DNA from: Candidatus Omnitrophota bacterium | GTDB taxonomy: Bacteria > Omnitrophota > Omnitrophia > Omnitrophales > JACQQS01 | Length of the DNA: 62,514 nucleotides | NCBI GenBank assembly: GCA_016206925.1 | Contig: JACQQS010000028.1 | Span: 1-62,514 of the forward strand | Direction: 5' to 3' | Part shown: positions 48,545 through 58,138 of the stretch, one piece after another | Layout of the letters: each line of letters opens with the position of its first letter | How positions within the stretch are numbered: the stretch's first letter is position 1 | Notes under the pieces: generated by a model | Told to the model about the DNA's origin: nothing | The model's database searches: none | The model's input: only the letters and a program-made list of their open reading frames with translations | Program-made: the position numbers and the translations under genes

Positions 48545-50698
48545 TTATTCGTAGCGAAGGGATTCAATCGGGTCGAGCCGGCTAGCGCGGTAGGCGGGCC
48601 AGACGCCGAATCCAATACCCAGCAAGGCGGAAAAAAGGAAACCCAAAAAGTTGGATTGAACGGAAATCAGCACCGGCCAGTCCGCCGCAGCCGCAATCGC
48701 CCAGGACACCAGAATGCCGAGTATAACGCCGGAAATTCCGCCGACCCCGCTCAGCACCGTGGACTCCACCAGAAATTGCGAAAGCACATCCCGGTTCCGT
48801 GCACCCACCGCTTTTCGTATGCCGATTTCACGTGTACGTTCCGTGACGGAAACCAGCATAACATTCATAATTCCAATCCCTCCGACCAGAAGTGAAACAG
48901 CCGCCACCGCACCGAGCAGCGTGGAGAAAATCCGCGTGCTCTGAGACATGGCTTCCTGAATATCTGCCATATTGCGCACATAAAAAGCCTCCGCATTCTC
49001 ATCCGACGTCTTTATCCGGTGCCTTCTCTTCAGTAATTCCTTCAACGATTCCATGACATGATAAATATCATCGCTCGTGGCCGCTTCCACCTGAATCTGA
49101 TCGAGATACCGCGTGCCCTTTAGGCGGGAAAGGGCCGTGTAGAGCGGAACGAGCAAAACATCATCCCGATCCCGGAATGAACTGCCGCCTTTTTCCGCAA
49201 GCACGCCGAGCACCTGAAATTCGAGCCGGTCAATGCGGATGGTTTTTCCGACCGGATCCTCGCTGCCGAATAATTCACGGTAAACGGTCGGCCCAAGCAG
49301 TGCCACTCTTTCTCTTCTGAGATCTTCTTCCCTGGTAAACCGCCGTCCGATCGTCGGCTCCAAAGAAAGCATATCAATGTATTCCGTCGACACACCGGTG
49401 ACTTCGGTTTTCCAGTTCTTGCTCTTGTAAGTAATGCGGCTGTACTTACCGACATAGCCGGATACCGCACGGATTCCGGAAATTTTCTCTCGAATGGCGG
49501 CGAGATCGTCCATCGTGAACCTGGCCACCTCGCCAACCATCATTCGCACCGAACCCCGGACGCTTCCGGAGCCGGGCCTGACCGAAAGCAGGTTTGATCC
49601 CAGAGAAGAAAGTTCTTCGGCTATCTGCGCCTTCGCCCCCTCGCCGATGGAAAGCATCGAGATAAGGCAGGCCACGCCGATCATCACGCCCAGCATGGAG
49701 AGAAATGAACGCATGCGATGCGCCTTGAGCATAATCAGCGCCTGCCGAAAATGGTCGGCAATCTCGTTCCAGGTAAGACCGGCGATTTCGGTCATTGCGA
49801 GCCCCGTAAGGGGCAAAGCAGTCCGCGAAGCGTCGCGAGACTCCGAAGGAGTCGTGGCGATCTCCGTCTCAGAACGGAGACTGCTTCGGGCGCTCTGCGC
49901 CCTCGCAGCGACATCCTTGTCGGATTGCTTCGCCGAACCGACCGTTCGGTGCCGCTGGTCCAAGCGCCCGACCGGCGCTTGATCAAGCGGCGTCGCGCCT
50001 TCGGCGCTCCTCGCAATGACGGCGGACAAATTGTTTTTCTTATCTTCGACAATATGGCCGTCCTTCATGCGGATGATGCGGTCGGCTCTCCGGCTCACTT
50101 CCTCTTCATGCGTAACGATGATCAGGGTAAACCCGTTACGATGAAGCCGCTCAAATATCGAAAGAATTTCGTCGCGGGCGGATGAATCCAGATTACCCGT
50201 AGGCTCGTCCGCAAGAATGATCTTGGGCTTATTAACGAGCGAACGCGCGATAGCCACGCGCTGCTGCTGTCCGCCGGAAAGCTGGTTGGGAAAATGATGC
50301 CGGCGGTCCGACAGGCCGACGTCATCCAAAAGGCTGCGCGCGCGGTGAATGCCGCTCCGGCGGCCTGAATACATGAGCGGAAGAGCGACATTTTGCTCCG
50401 CCGTAGTTCGCGGAAGAAGGCTGAACTGCTGGAATACGAATCCGATCGCGCGGCTCCTGAGCGCCGTACGTTCGTCATCACTTAACGAGCTGATTTCCCT
50501 TCCGTCAAACAGATAGGTTCCCCCGCTCGGCCGGTCCAGAAGGCCCAGCAAATGAAGCAACGTAGATTTGCCCGACCCTGACGGGCCCGTTATGGCCGCA
50601 AACTCCCCCTGCCGGATTTCCAAATCGACGGACTTTAAAGCCTCAACTCGAACCAAGCCTAATCGATAGACTTTGGATATGCCTTTTAACTGGATCAC
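48545..50698 (-). CDS. macB: MacB-type ABC ATPase/permease with in-frame REP-encoded linker
   Basis: [36 protein letters not shown]. Confidence 0.93.
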   Translation of the reverse strand: MIQLKGISKVYRLGLVRVEALKSVDLEIRQGEFAAITGPSGSGKSTLLHLLGLLDRPSGGTYLFDGREISSLSDDERTALRSRAIGFVFQQFSLLPRTTAEQNVALPLMYSGRRSGIHRARSLLDDVGLSDRRHHFPNQLSGGQQQRVAIARSLVNKPKIILADEPTGNLDSSARDEILSIFERLHRNGFTLIIVTHEEEVSRRADRIIRMKDGHIVEDKKNNLSAVIARSAEGATPLDQAPVGRLDQRHRTVGSAKQSDKDVAARAQSARSSLRSETEIATTPSESRDASRTALPLTGLAMTEIAGLTWNEIADHFRQALIMLKAHRMRSFLSMLGVMIGVACLISMLSIGEGAKAQIAEELSSLGSNLLSVRPGSGSVRGSVRMMVGEVARFTMDDLAAIREKISGIRAVSGYVGKYSRITYKSKNWKTEVTGVSTEYIDMLSLEPTIGRRFTREEDLRRERVALLGPTVYRELFGSEDPVGKTIRIDRLEFQVLGVLAEKGGSSFRDRDDVLLVPLYTALSRLKGTRYLDQIQVEAATSDDIYHVMESLKELLKRRHRIKTSDENAEAFYVRNMADIQEAMSQSTRIFSTLLGAVAAVSLLVGGIGIMNVMLVSVTERTREIGIRKAVGARNRDVLSQFLVESTVLSGVGGISGVILGILVSWAIAAAADWPVLISVQSNFLGFLFSALLGIGFGVWPAYRASRLDPIESLRYE
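49791..50020. repeat. composite GTCATTGCGAG-type palindrome with nested 60-bp unit (49931-49990), in-frame in macB
   Basis: terminal GTCATTGCGAG / CTCGCAATGAC; internal hairpins. Confidence 0.85.
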
Positions 50699-51696
50699 GA
50701 ACCGCCGCGCCTGCGTCCGCCAAACGCGCTGAAACTGCGTTGGCCGGAACCTTTCTCGTTCTTCTTTTTCCGTAACGCCAGAACGGTTTCGCTCTCCTTA
50801 AGCCCGGAATTTACTTCAACGATGGAACCGGTGAGAAGCCCGATGTCGATTTCCTTCCAAACGGGTTGTCCCTTTTTCACTCCGGAGGCAACGCAGTTCG
50901 CGCCGGTGCGGAATCGGCCGGTCTCCGGACAGACCAACACAGCCTCCTGTGGAAGCGTCAAAACATCGTGCTTCTCCGCCGCGCGAATCGTAACCTGCGC
51001 CGTCATGCCGGACCGAAATATCGGATCCAAATCCTCTGGGAGCACGTCAACATGGTAAATATTCACATTTTGCTCAAGCACCGCTTCAAAAGCAATATGA
51101 TCTACCTTTCCCGAAAACGAGCGCTCCGGATAAGCGTCCAGAATGACGGCGGCTTCTTGCCCGATTTTAACGTAGCCGACATCCGTTTCATTCACGGAGG
51201 CATCTACAATCAGCCGGTCTGAAATGACCACGACCGCAACGCCATCGTCAACCGTTTGGCCCGGCTCCACAGCCCGCACAATGATCGTGCCGTCAATAGG
51301 AGCAATCAAAGGTGTGGGGCGATACGTTTCCTTCCAATATTCCATCGCCTCTCCCCCTTTTGCACGCGCGGCATCCAGCATCGCAGCTCTCTCGGTTGAA
51401 CTCAGTTCAGCCAGCAGATCCCCCTTTTTTACTTCATTGCCTTCCTTCACATAAATTTCCTCAACCCGCCCGGCGATCGGTGGCCTTACTTCAAGACGGT
51501 TCTGCGGCTTGATCTCGCCCGTAGCCGATATATTCAGGATAACCGACCCCTTCTCAACGCGGACTTTTCTCACAACCTCCCAGGTAAATTCACCCTCGGC
51601 CGATTTTTTGGAGCAGCTTCTTATCACGAAAAACACAACCAGTACGGCCAGCACAAAGCGCCAATATTTTTTGGCGTAATTAAGCACGGTAGGCAT
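50695..51696 (-). CDS. MacA-type periplasmic adaptor
   Basis: SATGEIKP, IAGRVEEIYVKEG, APIDGT, FRSGMTA. Confidence 0.9.
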   Translation of the reverse strand: MPTVLNYAKKYWRFVLAVLVVFFVIRSCSKKSAEGEFTWEVVRKVRVEKGSVILNISATGEIKPQNRLEVRPPIAGRVEEIYVKEGNEVKKGDLLAELSSTERAAMLDAARAKGGEAMEYWKETYRPTPLIAPIDGTIIVRAVEPGQTVDDGVAVVVISDRLIVDASVNETDVGYVKIGQEAAVILDAYPERSFSGKVDHIAFEAVLEQNVNIYHVDVLPEDLDPIFRSGMTAQVTIRAAEKHDVLTLPQEAVLVCPETGRFRTGANCVASGVKKGQPVWKEIDIGLLTGSIVEVNSGLKESETVLALRKKKNEKGSGQRSFSAFGGRRRGGS

Positions 51697-53032
51697 CGAA
51701 CGAAAGACCTTGACTGCGGAGCCAGTCCGCTTCCGCTAAAACGGCATCACGCAATGCGTTTAGCAGAGCAATGCGGCTGTTCACCAGCTCCTGTTCGATA
51801 TCATCCCAATCCTTAAATGAAACGAGGCCGTCCTGATATTGAATACTCGATATCTCGGCACGCTCGACCGAAGCACCGAGAAACTTTTTACGCACCTCGA
51901 CAAATTCAACGGCATTCAGGAATTCCGTCCACTTTTCTATCAGATCCGCATAAGCCGAATCGCGCACATCCTTAAGCGTGTAGAAAGCTTCGCGCTGGTC
52001 GGAGCGCGCCGAATAGAGACCGGCCAATTCCTCACCGCCGCTGAAGATAGGAAAGTTAATGCTGAAACCGGCATCCCAGGTGCGCGTGTTCATATCTGGA
52101 GTCCGGCCTGAATTGGCATAACTGGCGGAACCCGTAACCGTCGGCCAAAAATCGGATTGTTCTGCGATCACATTGGCACCCGCAGCGTCTTTTAGCTCTC
52201 TCCTTCTTAAAACGGACGGGATGATTTCGGCAAGCGCGGCAAAATCAGGCCGGCTTTCGGGTGCGGAGGAAATCATGATCTCAAGATCTCCGGAAACAGC
52301 CGGCTCCATTTCGTACCGGCCTCCCAGCTCGCGCGCCAGCGCATTTCGTTCAGTGATAATACTCCGCTCCGCTTCGCGCACATCGAACATCGCTTCGTTA
52401 TATATCGCTTCGGCCCGTTTCAATGATCCGCGGTGCTCCCGTCCGCCCTCGTAGCGAAGCCGTACGATTTCCTCATTCAACTTCCTGCGCTCGGCAATAA
52501 AATTCCGCAGCACAGCCAGTTCCTGGGCATGCAGCAATCGGACGAATGCCTGCCTTGTCTCTAGTGCAATTCGTGATTCTATATCGTCGTAATTGAATTT
52601 CTCGGCGCGGAAATTTCGCCTTGCCCTGAGCACCTCCGCCGTATTTTCAAATCCGGAAAACCATTCTTCGGAAACGGAGGTGGCAAACGAAAAGCTGTTC
52701 GTTGCTTTGGCGTCGTCCACCTGTCTCCTGGTTCGTTCAAATTCAGCGCTGGCGTCGGGAAGAAAACCCTCGAAAGATTGCATCCAGGCCGCCCGGGCTT
52801 GTTTGACCGCCTCTCTAGCCGCAAGAAGCTCCGGATGGTCTTTTTCCGAGAAGGCGGCGCATTCGGACCAATTGAGGATTGCGGGGAGCTTGCCTTCTTC
52901 CGTAAGAAGAGAGACCGGCTCAAGCCTGAGACAGCCGGTCAGCATAATAAAGGCAACGGATGATAAAAAACGTAGGCGCATTCGAGATGGGTTCAAAACT
53001 CCGGAAGGCATTTGCTCATCCTTAGTAATCAA
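51680..53032 (-). CDS. TolC-family outer membrane factor (lipobox LTGC)
   Basis: HPEL, FLP, RYEGG, FWP, NFPIFSGG. Confidence 0.88.
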   Translation of the reverse strand: MITKDEQMPSGVLNPSRMRLRFLSSVAFIMLTGCLRLEPVSLLTEEGKLPAILNWSECAAFSEKDHPELLAAREAVKQARAAWMQSFEGFLPDASAEFERTRRQVDDAKATNSFSFATSVSEEWFSGFENTAEVLRARRNFRAEKFNYDDIESRIALETRQAFVRLLHAQELAVLRNFIAERRKLNEEIVRLRYEGGREHRGSLKRAEAIYNEAMFDVREAERSIITERNALARELGGRYEMEPAVSGDLEIMISSAPESRPDFAALAEIIPSVLRRRELKDAAGANVIAEQSDFWPTVTGSASYANSGRTPDMNTRTWDAGFSINFPIFSGGEELAGLYSARSDQREAFYTLKDVRDSAYADLIEKWTEFLNAVEFVEVRKKFLGASVERAEISSIQYQDGLVSFKDWDDIEQELVNSRIALLNALRDAVLAEADWLRSQGLSFDAYRA

Positions 53033-53116
53033 AATTCCTTATCCTGAAAGCAATGTTGATGGCGGGGTATTTTAATACATTAGGGGTTAGAGGAGAACCT
53101 AAAATTTTATACGAAA

Positions 53117-53203
53117 GTCATTCCCGCGCAAGCGGGAATCTGTAGTAGACTGGATTCCCGCCCACGCAAGACCCGCTCTTTTCGAGGTGCCTGTGCGGGA
53201 CGA
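53117..53203. repeat. GTCATTCCCGCG-type REP pair
   Basis: GTCATTCCCGCGCAAGCGGGAATC...GGATTCCCGC. Confidence 0.8.
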
Positions 53204-53207
53204 GAAA

Positions 53208-54053
53208 ATGCCAAAACAATTGCAAAAAAAAGTCGCACTCATCACCGGCGGAACAAGCCGCATCGGCCAATCCATCGCCATGAAACTGGGCAGCGCGGGC
53301 GCACGTTTGGCATTAACCTATCATTCCTCACGCCAGCACGCGGAGGAGGCCGTCAAGGAAATTGAGTCGGCAGGCATTTCTGCAAAACTATATTCGTATG
53401 ATCTCGCCAAGCCCGGCAGCGCTTCCAAACTTATTGAGCAGGTCATCCGTGAATTTGGTTTGCTCGATATCCTCATCAATAACGCTTCGGTTTTTACGGA
53501 AACCCCGCTGGGCAATATCAACGAGACAGACTGGGATCAAATCCTCAATACGAACGCGCGCGGGCCTTTCTTTTTAATTCAAGCCGCTTCAGAAGCGCTG
53601 AAAAAAACCGGCGGCGCGATTGTCAATATCAGCGATCTCTACGGAAATCAACCACTTTTAAGGGACCGTATCCCGTACTGCGTTTCCAAGGCGGCTTTGA
53701 ATGCGATCACAAAAGGCCTCGCACTTGCGCTCGCGCCGCAAATACGCGTCAATGCGGTCGCGCCCGGCGCCATTACTTTTCCGGAGAATTACACCGATGA
53801 TAAAAAAGGCGGGCTTCTAAAAGAGATTCCGCTGGGCCGGCCGGGAAATGCAACCGATATCGCGGAAGCCGTAGCGTTTTTATTGATGGATGCACCCTAC
53901 GTAACGGGACAAATTCTCGCCGTGGACGGCGGCCGCTCGATGAAAAATCAGGAACGCGAAACTTTTTGGACGGCCCCCGAACAAACTTCTGCCCAATCAC
54001 CCAAGCGTCTAACCGGTTCTTCGGCAAATGCCTTTGATGCCAAATGTTCCTGA
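53208..54053 (+). CDS. pteridine reductase/FolM-like SDR
   Basis: TGGTSRIG, NNAS, YCVSK, LAPQIRVNAVAPG, VDGG; adjacent to folB-folK. Confidence 0.85.
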   Translation: MPKQLQKKVALITGGTSRIGQSIAMKLGSAGARLALTYHSSRQHAEEAVKEIESAGISAKLYSYDLAKPGSASKLIEQVIREFGLLDILINNASVFTETPLGNINETDWDQILNTNARGPFFLIQAASEALKKTGGAIVNISDLYGNQPLLRDRIPYCVSKAALNAITKGLALALAPQIRVNAVAPGAITFPENYTDDKKGGLLKEIPLGRPGNATDIAEAVAFLLMDAPYVTGQILAVDGGRSMKNQERETFWTAPEQTSAQSPKRLTGSSANAFDAKCS

Positions 54054-54868
54054 ATTGTTGATCCGGTTCCCGGCTCAATCAAATCTGGCCTAATCTCCGC
54101 AAGCGGTACCAAAATAAACGCCCTGTCAACAAGTGAAGACTCTTCCGAAGCGCTCCCGGTGTGCCAATGCTTGCCAAAAATCAAAATGTCGATATCGATA
54201 TTTCTCGAAGCAAACTTATCTTCCGAGCGGATACGGCCCAAGTGGTTTTCCAGATGCAACAACTGGTCTTTCAGTTCCGTTTCAGACAGCTCGGTCCGGA
54301 GCTCCATGATTAAATTCCAGTACTTCGGCTGATTTGCCGCACCGTAAGGCAGTGTTTCATAAATTTGAGAGACTTCGTTAACAAAAAAAGATTCTTGAAG
54401 CAGCCGGATGGCTTCGCCGATGTTTCTTTCCGGATCAATATTTGATCCGATGCTCAAATAGACGGTCGTTGCCGCATCCGGGAGATAGTCGGAAATTTCC
54501 CGGAAAACGGTAACGCTGACATTTTCGGCACCGCGAAGCGCTCCGGGCTTGCTCACGCGGACTTTAATATGTTTGACTCGAAACTTGTTTATGCAAAAGG
54601 AGGCAATGTTCTCGGCCAGCGTTTCAACCAGATAAAATCTGCTTTGCTCGACAAATGAAATGACCGATTTTGAGATCCTCTTGTAGTCAAGCGTGTCTTC
54701 GATACGATCGTTTTGAGAAGCTCGGCGGGCATCGCAGGGCAGTTCGAGATCGATTACAACTTTTTGACTCACGGCCCGTTCCCAGTCAAAAATGCCGACA
54801 ATGCAGCCGGCGGCAAGACCTTGAATAGCGATCAGATCGTTTCTTGGATGATCTCCGGATTCGTCCAC
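53948..54868 (-). CDS. folK: bifunctional dihydroneopterin aldolase / HPPK (FolB-FolK)
   Basis: VGIFDWER, DTLDY, LVETLAE, SKPGA; LSIGSN, RNIDIDIL, RAFILVPL. Confidence 0.92.
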   Translation of the reverse strand: MDESGDHPRNDLIAIQGLAAGCIVGIFDWERAVSQKVVIDLELPCDARRASQNDRIEDTLDYKRISKSVISFVEQSRFYLVETLAENIASFCINKFRVKHIKVRVSKPGALRGAENVSVTVFREISDYLPDAATTVYLSIGSNIDPERNIGEAIRLLQESFFVNEVSQIYETLPYGAANQPKYWNLIMELRTELSETELKDQLLHLENHLGRIRSEDKFASRNIDIDILIFGKHWHTGSASEESSLVDRAFILVPLAEIRPDLIEPGTGSTIQEHLASKAFAEEPVRRLGDWAEVCSGAVQKVSRS

Positions 54869-55416
54869 ACGTCCTCCTGGAGCGGCAGATAAACGGGCAT
54901 GGCTTTGGGCCCTTCCTTTTCAAGAATCTTTCTCGCCTCCTGGAAACCTTTAAGAAGGGCTTGCGCCGGAACATAGCGGCGGGTGTAAGGATCGAGGATT
55001 TGGGGATCAATGGGGCCCAGCGCGGACTTTTCGCTTAATCCAATCTCATCGCCGGAAAGGACGAGCAGCGTCGCGGCACTGTAAGCCGAATGCGGGACGA
55101 GGAAACGAACAGCCTTAAAATTGGAACGAAGAAGATTGACGATTCGTTCCGCGGCCTCGGCAGAACCGCCCGGGCTGTGAATGAAGACATCAATGGCATC
55201 GCTCGAAATGCCTTCGATCAAATCGGAGAAGCCCACGATATCGGCTTCATCCATACTTGCCAGCATGGCCGCGGGCGAAGGTTTTAAAAAACTTGAAGCG
55301 TAAACAATGAGCGGGCGTTCCGTATGTCCTTCGATTTTTCTAATCAGACCGATCCGCAATTGCTGCGCCTCTTTGGGATCTTTGAGGCCGTCAATGAGTT
55401 GCTGATACGTCGGCAT
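54832..55416 (-). CDS. SDH-family Clp-fold serine protease, probably C-terminally truncated
   Basis: IHSPGG, AYSAATLL, LGPIDPQ. Confidence 0.75.
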   Translation of the reverse strand: MPTYQQLIDGLKDPKEAQQLRIGLIRKIEGHTERPLIVYASSFLKPSPAAMLASMDEADIVGFSDLIEGISSDAIDVFIHSPGGSAEAAERIVNLLRSNFKAVRFLVPHSAYSAATLLVLSGDEIGLSEKSALGPIDPQILDPYTRRYVPAQALLKGFQEARKILEKEGPKAMPVYLPLQEDVWTNPEIIQETI

Positions 55417-55603
55417 TAAACTGAACTTCGGCAGAGTTGGAGGGTTCCAGGCGGAGGTCTTCAAAAGGCAGGATGCCCATATGCCTCAAAGCTTCGTAAT
55501 ATTCTTTCTCAGAGGTCTGGAAAAGTTCAAAAATGTCCTTCTCTTCCGGATGCTTTTTCCAGTACCGATCTGCGTACTCCAAAATGTCTTTCCCGTTCTT
55601 CAT
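55391..55603 (-). CDS. hypothetical 70-aa protein overlapping the SDH start
   Basis: ORF with protein-like composition, coupled to the next gene. Confidence 0.55.
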   Translation of the reverse strand: MKNGKDILEYADRYWKKHPEEKDIFELFQTSEKEYYEALRHMGILPFEDLRLEPSNSAEVQFNADVSATH

Positions 55604-55666
55604 GGCTGCACCGCCGCAAATTGTACTCGATTCTTCCTGTTGAGAAAAGCGCTAAAATTTCAAAAC

Positions 55667-55793
55667 GTAGCCGGTTGTTCAAGCGGCGGTCGGGCGCTCG
55701 GTCCGACGGCACCGCGCGGTCGGCGCGGCGAACGGTCGGTTCGGCGCACGGTCGGCGCGGCGGGAATGACGCGGGGCGAGACGCCCCGCCTAC
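55667..55793. repeat. GTAG REP with nested 60-bp unit (55671-55730) plus two extra 16-bp terminal copies
   Basis: GTAG[60 bp][AACGGTCGGTTCGGCG][CACGGTCGGCGCGGCG]GGAATGAC-GCGGGGCGAGACGCCCCGCCTAC. Confidence 0.85.
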
Positions 55794-55816
55794 GCGATCG
55801 TCACGCCAACCGGAGC

Positions 55817-56029
55817 TTACGAAACCAGTGAGGGATAACGGGGAGCGGGGGCTTTCTCAGCGGGTTTAATCTTTGCCCGGGCTTGCAGAGATGCTAATTG
55901 CCAAAGACAGGGGCTGCAGTATTTAATGTGCTCAAGAATACTCACATTGTGCGAACCGAAGAGGCGGTTCTCAAGATAGGCGTGCAGGAGTGTTCGATCG
56001 GGACATTGTTCTTGTGATTTGCGCTCCAT
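55817..56029 (-). CDS. stand-alone zf-HC2 (anti-sigma-like zinc finger)
   Basis: CPD..L.AYLE.RL......EHI..C..C. Confidence 0.7.
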   Translation of the reverse strand: MERKSQEQCPDRTLLHAYLENRLFGSHNVSILEHIKYCSPCLWQLASLQARAKIKPAEKAPAPRYPSLVS

Positions 56030-56148
56030 GTTTTTCCCCTTGGTGTTTTTTTACCCCACGTCTTAAATCTGCCATACCGAAATGCTCCTGTCAAAATTTC
56101 GGTAAAATTAATCCGGCTTATAACCCCAGAAATTGCCATCGCGAAGGC

Positions 56149-56190
56149 GTAGGCGGGGCTTCTAGCCCTGCAGCGAGACGCCCCGGCTAC
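56149..56190. repeat. GTAG-type REP pair
   Basis: GTAGGCGGGGCTTCTAGCCCTGC-AGCGAGACGCCCCGGCTAC. Confidence 0.8.
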
Positions 56191-56251
56191 TAAATTAGCT
56201 CTGTTTCAAGGACGATAATCCTTCAATAGGACGATTGGAAACTTAATAAAC

Positions 56252-58138
56252 ATGATTCTTTCAGCGCTCATATTCCCTTTCTGGACAGGTTATCAACTGA
56301 CTTTTTCTTTGAACCAACGCTTGAGTTTTAAAGAGCGCCTCGTCTGGGGTTTTCTGATGGGCCACGTCCTATTCACCTGGCTCGTGTACTTGCTTTCCCT
56401 GGCTCTGGGCTTCAATTTTGTTTCGATGACAACCGCCCTCGCGATGACCCTCGGAACCGGAATCCGGTTTGCCTTGAAAAACAAGCAGTGGGAATCCGAT
56501 TTCAGGAATGCCGTCAAGAATGGCAAAAAGGCGCTGGGGCAGCCGAAAACCTGGATGCACATCGCGGCCGCCGGCGCGATCCTCTTGCTCATTTTTCGAC
56601 TGGCATCCAAAGTTGCCATCGTCAAACCGATAGGCTTGCTGACCGGTATTCCGAATAACGGCGGCGATCTGGTCTGGCACCTGGCCCAAATAACATCTTT
56701 TGCTTCCGGCAACAACTTCCCGCCCGAAGACCCCTCTTTTGCGGGCACCGCTCTTTATTATCCGTTTCTAGCAAATCTTTTCTCCGCCGTATTCGTAAAA
56801 TTTGGAGCCCCGGTATTTCAATTTCTGAACGTACAATCGTTTGTCTTTATTTTAATCACGCTGGCGGCGCTGGCCTTTTACACCGCGCATCTCACCAAGA
56901 ACACCGGTTCCACTCCCTGGCTGGGCATCGCACTCCTGCTTTTTAACGGCGGACTGGGGTTTGTGCACCTGATCATCGGTCACGAGCTGGATATTCCATA
57001 TCTGCTTCGGACGCTTCTCCCGCCCCCCTACGATCTGACCGGAAACATTCCGGGTCAGCATTTCCATTGGATGAATTTCATCTCGGCGCTGATCGTCCCC
57101 CAACGCACGCTCCTTTTCGGCCTGCCGATGACCCTTTTTATTCTCTGCCTCCTGTGGTGGGGAATTCACATCGGCAGAAAAGAAGAATTCATCTGGGCGG
57201 GACTTTTTGCCGGCGGCCTCCCTTTTTTCCACGGTCATACCTATATTTCCGTCATGATCTACGCGGCAGCACTCATGATGTTGTTTCCTTCAAGGAAATG
57301 GCTTTACTTTTTCCTGCCGGCCGTTGTCCTGGCGCTGCCCCAGTGGATCCATATTATTCTGGCCCCGAATAAACTTGGCGGGGCGCTTAAGTTTAATTTC
57401 GGATGGATGGCCAAGGGAGAAAACATTCTGGTCTTCTGGGCAAGAAACTTGGGGGCGTTCCTGCCGATCTATGTCCTGAGCGTGTGGAAGGCGAAATTAC
57501 CCAAAAAAAGCCGCCTGTTCATGGCGGGAGCGCTTGCCGTATTCATCGCCGCAAACCTGATCCAGTTTGCCCCGTGGGATTGGGACAATATTAAAATCAT
57601 ACTTACCTGGTATGTGGCGTCGATTCCGCTGGTTGCGCAGTTTTTCTCCCAGACGCTCATCTCAAATAAAATTCCGAAAGTCTTTCTTACCGCTCTGGCA
57701 TTCCTCCTCACTACCCTTTCCGGTGCGTTGACTGTTTACCGGCTTTCCATTCCCGACCTGGATGCAGGGCTGATCTATTCGCGGGAGGAAATGATGATCG
57801 GTGAATCGCTCGGCAAGCTGACGCCGGCTGGCTCCGTTATTCTAGGCGGGCCGGTTACAAACCAAATTACATTTTTAGCGGGGCGAAAGTCCTACGCCGG
57901 TTATCCCGGCTGGCTTTGGTCGCACGGAATCGACGACACCTGGCGGGAGGCCGAAGTTAAGCAGTTTTACTTGAACCCGAAAGAAAACGAAGACCGCCTG
58001 AAGCAGGCAGGAATTGATTACGTTATTTTCGGGCCGGCCGAGAAAAAAGAATTTAAAATGGAAAACTGGGAACCCCCGCCTTCTTTTGCGAGGCTATTTA
58101 AAGCGAAAAACTATGAAATCTTCAGACGCGCCGGTTGA
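56252..58138 (+). CDS. GT-C-like multi-pass membrane protein
   Basis: GDLVWH, FPPEDP..G..LYYPF, WDWDNIK, GYPGWLWSHG, IDYVIFGPAE. Confidence 0.75.
   Translation: MILSALIFPFWTGYQLTFSLNQRLSFKERLVWGFLMGHVLFTWLVYLLSLALGFNFVSMTTALAMTLGTGIRFALKNKQWESDFRNAVKNGKKALGQPKTWMHIAAAGAILLLIFRLASKVAIVKPIGLLTGIPNNGGDLVWHLAQITSFASGNNFPPEDPSFAGTALYYPFLANLFSAVFVKFGAPVFQFLNVQSFVFILITLAALAFYTAHLTKNTGSTPWLGIALLLFNGGLGFVHLIIGHELDIPYLLRTLLPPPYDLTGNIPGQHFHWMNFISALIVPQRTLLFGLPMTLFILCLLWWGIHIGRKEEFIWAGLFAGGLPFFHGHTYISVMIYAAALMMLFPSRKWLYFFLPAVVLALPQWIHIILAPNKLGGALKFNFGWMAKGENILVFWARNLGAFLPIYVLSVWKAKLPKKSRLFMAGALAVFIAANLIQFAPWDWDNIKIILTWYVASIPLVAQFFSQTLISNKIPKVFLTALAFLLTTLSGALTVYRLSIPDLDAGLIYSREEMMIGESLGKLTPAGSVILGGPVTNQITFLAGRKSYAGYPGWLWSHGIDDTWREAEVKQFYLNPKENEDRLKQAGIDYVIFGPAEKKEFKMENWEPPPSFARLFKAKNYEIFRRAG

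Noticed and set aside
55667-55793. tRNA-like appearance (GTAGCCGG..TTCAAGCGG)
   Set aside because: No cloverleaf, T-loop or CCA; explained by the 60-bp unit inside a GTAG REP
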